Part shown: positions 58,431 through 64,000 of the stretch, piece by piece
Layout of the letters: every line of letters begins with the position of its first letter
How positions within the stretch are numbered: the first letter of the stretch is position 1
Source of the DNA: Nemertoderma westbladi
Taxonomy: Eukaryota; Animalia; Xenacoelomorpha
Length of the DNA stretch: 64,000 bases
Direction of reading: 5' to 3'
NCBI GenBank assembly: GCA_032718475.1
Contig: JAUCBJ010001381.1
Location: 27,577-91,576 of the forward strand
Position numbers and translations under genes: made by a program
Notes under the pieces: generated by a model
The model's database searches: none
Told to the model about the DNA's origin: nothing
Seen by the model: only the letters and a program-made list of their open reading frames with translations

Positions 58431-59045
58431 TATTCCTTATTTTTTCATTTTCTTTTTTCATTGTCCCAGTCAGAATGTTTTATCTTGCTTTTCGTATTTT
58501 ACTAAGAAGTGGGTGATGGTGTGGCATATCTTGTCAAAATTATTCAAAAATTGCATTAATATTAAACAAATGTTATTGTGCACCACTCAATCGTGATTCG
58601 TGGTTATTTTCCCAGATGAAGACTATTACACTCAACTTATTATTTTCGCCATACCTTGCTTAAAAGCACCTTTGTGACATCAGCGACTTAATGCGGCGAG
58701 CGGGTCGGGTTTCTCTCCATTCAGGGTGGGATGGATGTGGGTGGGGTGCAGCGGGATTGGCAGAGGGTTTCTGGGGGGGACAGTGTGTATTGTATGGATG
58801 TATCGAGTGTGTATTGTATGGATGTATCGAGTGTGTATTGTATGGGCTATGTGCATGGTAAGTGTATTGTAACTGTATAGTATTAAGTATTACTTACGTT
58901 ATGTATATCATTTATATATTGTATATTTGTATTCCGTGCCTTACCTGTTTGTAATTATTCTGGCCGAGACGATTCCACATAAGTGTGCAACTTGTTATTG
59001 AATCGGCCCAACTTGTTTTGGAAAAATATACATTATATTATATTA
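56259..59045 (+). mobile_element. CR1-group LINE including its 3' UTR
   Basis: About 600-bp 3' UTR ending in a hairpin (GGCCGA..ATTC...GAATCGGCC) and an (ATTAT)n tail. Confidence 0.85.
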
Positions 59046-59739
59046 TGGGTGGGTATGCAAATAATTGGGATTAGAGAAACCCAGATATAAGTATATAATT
59101 GTATGCACCAAGTTGCTTCTATATTTAAATTCGCGGGATACAGAAATCGTGACAATTTGCTAATGTCCTATTTACTTCCTATTTATTACATTGATGCGAT
59201 TACTAATATTACAATATTGAAATTAACTTTATGCGGTAATAACTTCAAAACCGATATCTGGGCTTCTATATCCCTCTTGTTCGATTAAACTCTACTCTAA
59301 GATCCCTGGAATAGTATCCCATCCGTAAACAAATCGAAATCGAAAATCATATTTTCTAAGTACCTAAAATCTTATTTCATTTTAACTCTGTAAATTGCAA
59401 AGACTTTCTTTCACATTATAAACTCTTATTTAAAAATGCCACTTTCCCTTTGCTCGTTATTCCTCATCATTCCACCAACCTACACGAACCGCGGTAAGTT
59501 GCAAGCCTCGTGATGTATTAAGCTCAGAATTAGAATTAGAATTATTACTATTACTATCTACATCCAAATTTTGTACAGAGTGCGACCCCCCCCCCCCCCC
59601 CCCCCCCTCCCCCCACCGACCACATACCACCTCCCCATCTCAAGAATAATAACGCCATTGGAACCAGCTACACTACCTTCGCTATTGCTGTTCCGACAAA
59701 CACACGAATTACTATGGAACGCCAATAGCGCCATAATGT

Positions 59740-59935
59740 TACTACCAACTAATAGTTGGTAGCTACTTTTTTATTTGGTACAAAAATTATCTACCATGTA
59801 TTGAGCCAATAGAAAAAAAGTACCTACCAACTAGTTGGTAGCTACATTTTTTTATTGGTTAGTTTATTATAGCCAATATGAAAAAACTACCTACCATCTA
59901 TTTAGCCAATAGGAAAAACGTACCAACCATGTATT
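59740..59935. repeat. Degenerate repeat cluster with palindromic TACCAACTAGTTGGTA and AGCCAATA motifs
   Basis: Repeated CTACCA / AGCCAATA units. Confidence 0.45.
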
Positions 59936-60031
59936 TAATTAACCACCCACACCCCGCCGTCTCACTATTTTTACATAAATTTCATTATAAAGGTTAATTA
60001 ATGGTGTGGTGTATTTCTCTATTTCTATATA

Positions 60032-60575
60032 CACCATATTGCTCATATTGCTTGAAATTGAAACACAACTAGTTCAACTCACCATGGTTGTTACCATTGT
60101 TACCGGAATTTTCTATTTCGCCGTTAAATTTTTTTTTTAAAAAAGTGTCTTTTGTGAAATCGCACCATCCGTATCATTGCCATTCTTCACATTAGTCGTA
60201 ATTTTTTCATATCAATAGAAAGCTTGCGTTGCAAGGATTCCAAATATGTAACAATGTGTATTTATTAAATAGAATAAATGGCCTGCAACGAACAATAATT
60301 CTTGCAATCTTTGAACGCCTATTTCTCAGCTGTTTCTCAACGAAATTCAGATATTGTTACATATTTGGAATCCTTGTAACGCATGCTTTCTATTGATATG
60401 CAAAAATGATTCGGATGGTGCGATTTCGCAAAAGACACTTTTTTAAAACGCTTATAAAAAATTTTTTAAGGCAAAATAGAAAATTCCGGCTTCATGGTAA
60501 CAACCACGGTAAGTTGAACTAGTTGTGGTTCAAATTTCAAGCAATATGATAAAGATTTATAGAAACATATGGGGG

Positions 60576-60625
<50 letters not shown>

Positions 60626-60666
60626 CCGTGTCATCATAAAATGACACTATATTACTGGTCATGGTG
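60032..60666. mobile_element. Foldback MITE of the CACCATG family, TA-flanked, with a ~50-nt G tract
   Basis: TA|CACCAT...ATGGTG|TA; arms at 60045-60250 and 60355-60550 are reverse complements; its right end mirrors 1198-1256. Confidence 0.8.
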
Positions 60667-60994
60667 TATACGAGTTAATTAATTAAAGTTAAGTTAAATT
60701 TAAACATTACACATGATGCCAACATACCGGTAAGCAGGAAAAATTATAATGAAAAACTGACAGTTGCTTACAATTGAATCATTGGATTGAGTTGCAATGG
60801 ATATATTGGTAATGACAGCTGAAATCCAATAAATTCGCAATTGTTGATAACATCTAATCAGACAATAATCAATTTTGATGCGATTTTTGAGAGTTCATCA
60901 ATAATATGTGCCATGCTAGAATTGCATAATTATTGTTATACATCAATGCAAACAAGAATAGTTAGTTAGCAGTGGAGTAGCGAGGTCGCCAGAT

Positions 60995-63480
60995 ACTACT
61001 TCTAGGATCGGCATGCTGCATTGCAGCTGCATTTTTAAGAATGCTGTGCCGGCTTGTCAACAAAATTGCACCGCCACAACTCCCTATCACCCATGACATT
61101 TGCTAGATCATCCGCATCTTTAAGGCCAGTGTCCTTTAAGATGCGTCTCAAGAAAGTCATGGGCTGTCCACCATGCTTATTCACTCCATGAGGCTGCCAA
61201 AGTACAAGATTATGCACTGGCTGGTCCTCACGGCGAAAGCAATGTCCTGCAAAGCGGAGGCGATTTTGTTCTAGTGTCAAGCTTGGGGGAACCAATGAGA
61301 CACCTCCAATGTTATATAGTGTCTGGTTGGAGATGTGTGCATTGTACTTGACACAATGTACCCGACGTAGCATTCTTGTGAATGTGCCATCCAGAGATTT
61401 GGTGTCCTCAGCAGTTAGAGCCCAGCATGGACTCCCGTAGAGGAGTACTGGAACTACTGCTGCTCTAAATAATCGGACCTTAAGTTTCCGATTAATTCTA
61501 GGTGACTTCCAAATCCTGGAAAGCCTATTCAAGGCTGCCCATGCCTTTCCCTTACGTATTCGAAGGTCCTCACCTGACTCCCGGATCCATGATCCCAGGT
61601 AACAGAAGTCGTCCACATGCTCAAGCATACCATCCTTTGAGCTTATGCTCATCCGATCAGAGACTTGCTGAGGACTTTCAAAGTTAACTGTCAGAATTTT
61701 GGTCTTTCTGGAGTTAATAAAAAGACCAACACTAGAAGCAGCATGTTCTAATGAGCTGAGGAGCCGCTGGGCTCCCTCTAATGATTCTGAGAGTACTCCT
61801 AAGTCATCAGCAAAGTCTAGATCAGTTAGGTACTTGGCTGGATTTCCTCGACTTCTGGAGCCAGTAGGTGGAGTTATCATCACCCCATCATCATTATGAT
61901 GATCTAAGGACATCCGTAGAACATAGTCAACCACAATAATGAACAAGAATGGTGCAAGTGTGTCTCCTTGGAGGACGCCCCATAACACTTCAAATGGTTC
62001 TGTGTCACCGTCAACAGTAGACACAAATGTTGTCGAACCATCGTATACTGATCTGATTGCTGCAATAATTTCATCAGGAATCCCATATAATGAAAGTATG
62101 CTGAGCATACGTGAGCGAGAGACTGAATCAAAGGCCTTGAAGAAGTCAACAAAGATAACAGCCAGATGCCTGTCTTTCTTTTTTGATAACTCTTCAATTA
62201 TCCTTCTAAGTGCCAAAATGGGCTCCATGGTCCCACGACCTTTACGGAACCCATTCTGATTTCCACGTAGCAGTCTCTCAATGGGATCCCTGATGCGATT
62301 TAATAGAATTCTATTGTATAGTTTTGCAGCAATCGAGATCAATGAGATTCCCCGAAAAGAACCATAGAGTGTTAGGTTGCCCTTCTTGGGAACTGGCACC
62401 AACTTATTTGTTTTCATTTCTTGTGGGACTCTTGTTGTACGGTACATGTCTACTATGATGGGATAGATGAGCTTTAAACACTCAGGTATTTTAAAGACCT
62501 CAGGGGGAACACCATCTACTCCACTGGCACGATTGGTCTTAATGCTCTTTGCAGCAGCCTTCACTTCTGCAAAGGAGATATCGCCAATGGGAATATCTGG
62601 GAGTACAGACTCAGACACTTTTACTTCTATAAAGTTATCAGGCAATACCATGTCATTATTGAGGAGCTTTTCAAAGTGGGCTTTCCAACCATTGAGGCGA
62701 TCGGCTGGTGATTCAGCCTTAACCTTGGTGGTTGGTTGGCTTTTCCGCCCAGTAAGCAGATTGATCGATTTCCATGCCTGGGATGATTGCCTGCTGTCGT
62801 CAGCATCATTGATGGCATCAACCTGTTGGTTTATTCTCCTCCTCTACAGGGACAACACTAGTTAGAGAGTAGCACACAATCAGAACCACCTTAGGAAACT
62901 TCTTAGCCAGTCTTCCAGAACATGAGAAGTGGCAACGGATGATGCGGTTAGAGATTTGGTATATTTTGTCCAAGGCTACATGTGCAGTTGGATTCATCAA
63001 TAGACCAATACCACCATTGCCACTATCATCTGCTGACGCGAGGGCGAATCGCCAACCACACCCCATGTCCTTAATCAGAACCTCATCAGTCTGTATTCGG
63101 TGCTCTTGAACACCCACTGCGCTAAGAGAAAACTTATCTGCCAAGGCAGTCAGCTCACCTTGTCGAATTGGGGACCCGAGTGTTAGGGTGTTTACTGAGG
63201 CTAGTCTAGTGACTTGCCTCAGATTCACCAATGGCTTGTTGGTCGGGGTGGAACATGAGAGTAGCCTCCACCCCAGAATCCCTCTCCCCCTCACAATCTG
63301 GCCTCCCTGATGACCCAGGGTTTGGGCCAGAAAGGTCATCAGGGAAAGGGACTCAAAGAATTGTTGGCTGTTGTCTCTCCAGTAGGGGGTAAGGACAGGC
63401 AGCCGGTCAGGAGATAACGGACGCCTGTGAGGCCGATTGTGTCCGGTAATTCAACTGGCCTCTAGTGGCCGGACCCTCCG
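60995..63480 (-). mobile_element. RTE-clade LINE with an internal deletion in the APE/linker region
   Basis: APE N-terminal half (RLASVNTLTL, VGVQEHR, GGIGLLM) is joined near 62840 to the pre-RT linker in another frame; short 3' UTR with a (TAG)-like tail. Confidence 0.9.
61035..62651 (-). CDS. RTE reverse transcriptase domain
   Basis: FRGISLISIAAKLYNRIL, QNGFRKGR, FVDFFKAFDSV, GVLQGDTLAPFLF, DLDFADD, FCYLGS, RLRFAGHCFR. Confidence 0.93.
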   Translation of the reverse strand: MVLPDNFIEVKVSESVLPDIPIGDISFAEVKAAAKSIKTNRASGVDGVPPEVFKIPECLKLIYPIIVDMYRTTRVPQEMKTNKLVPVPKKGNLTLYGSFRGISLISIAAKLYNRILLNRIRDPIERLLRGNQNGFRKGRGTMEPILALRRIIEELSKKKDRHLAVIFVDFFKAFDSVSRSRMLSILSLYGIPDEIIAAIRSVYDGSTTFVSTVDGDTEPFEVLWGVLQGDTLAPFLFIIVVDYVLRMSLDHHNDDGVMITPPTGSRSRGNPAKYLTDLDFADDLGVLSESLEGAQRLLSSLEHAASSVGLFINSRKTKILTVNFESPQQVSDRMSISSKDGMLEHVDDFCYLGSWIRESGEDLRIRKGKAWAALNRLSRIWKSPRINRKLKVRLFRAAVVPVLLYGSPCWALTAEDTKSLDGTFTRMLRRVHCVKYNAHISNQTLYNIGGVSLVPPSLTLEQNRLRFAGHCFRREDQPVHNLVLWQPHGVNKHGGQPMTFLRRILKDTGLKDADDLANVMGDRELWRCNFVDKPAQHS

Positions 63481-64000
63481 CATTACTAAGTTGTGGTTGG
63501 GGGTGCTTTTTTGCCGAGTCAGATAGGGGGGAGGGAGTGTAGTCCAAAAATTGTTCGAGCATGGAACAGATGCCATTTCCTTCACTGATTTTAAATTTAA
63601 ATACTCATGTAACTTTTCTGGAATATAACCATGTTGTCATGAATAGGATAGCTCATATAATGTATTCCATAAAAAAATGTTTTATTCTTAAATTGTTACA
63701 TTTTACATTGAAGCTATATTTTTGATGTCACAATGAATATAACGCGAGATGAAAAATATCGAAAATAATGAGGTGTTGAAAAAATATCGAGTGTTGAAAA
63801 AAGTCGAGAGTAAAAATATTGCATTTTGCATGAGCATTTTATTTAGAATTATGGGACAATATTGCATTGCATGGGTTACAAAAAGTGCAAGTGCAAATAA
63901 ATGGCATTAATACACCTTGGGTGCCCATTTACCAGATTTATTAGCAAGTCGTTAGACTTGATTACTGTAAGAATTGACAGCGGGATACTTACTGTAAAAA

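Noticed and set aside
63305-63345. CTGATGA...GAAA hammerhead look-alike in the RTE 5' region
   Set aside because: Stem II does not close next to GAAA. The segment is a simple 11-bp hairpin (CCCTGATGACC/GGTCATCAGGG). No clear HDV-like fold was identified nearby either.

Overview
Eukaryotic, probably invertebrate metazoan, AT-rich DNA made almost entirely of repeats. It is not prokaryotic and has no CRISPR array. From left to right: (1) triply nested inverted-repeat (foldback/MITE) DNA elements, 1.2-5.0 kb; (2) one candidate host coding region, 5366-8129, with about 15 tandem 72/75-bp coding repeats and a single frameshift; (3) a CRE-clade RLE retrotransposon 3' fragment and an LTR/PBS relic; (4) a three-LTR tandem of two defective BEL/Pao elements, 9934-28724, with no matching TSD; the first BEL carries a very young Gypsy (15563-21722) whose pol is followed, in the +1 frame, by a TAF3-like PHD finger; (5) a 36-bp minisatellite facing an 18-kb 35/36-bp satellite in inverted orientation, the satellite being interrupted by an intact Mag-like Gypsy (31649-37102); (6) RTE, CR1-like and SINE relics, small palindromic MITEs, and a 706-bp unit with terminal direct repeats and a hammerhead-like core. 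The best candidates for novelty are the PHD-finger-tailed Gypsy integrase, the repeat-tailed orphan protein (possibly a divergent Mab-21/cGAS-like fold), the satellite that may be the expanded arm of a foldback element, and the retrozyme/Penelope-like unit. All family assignments come from motif recognition by eye; no database searches were run.
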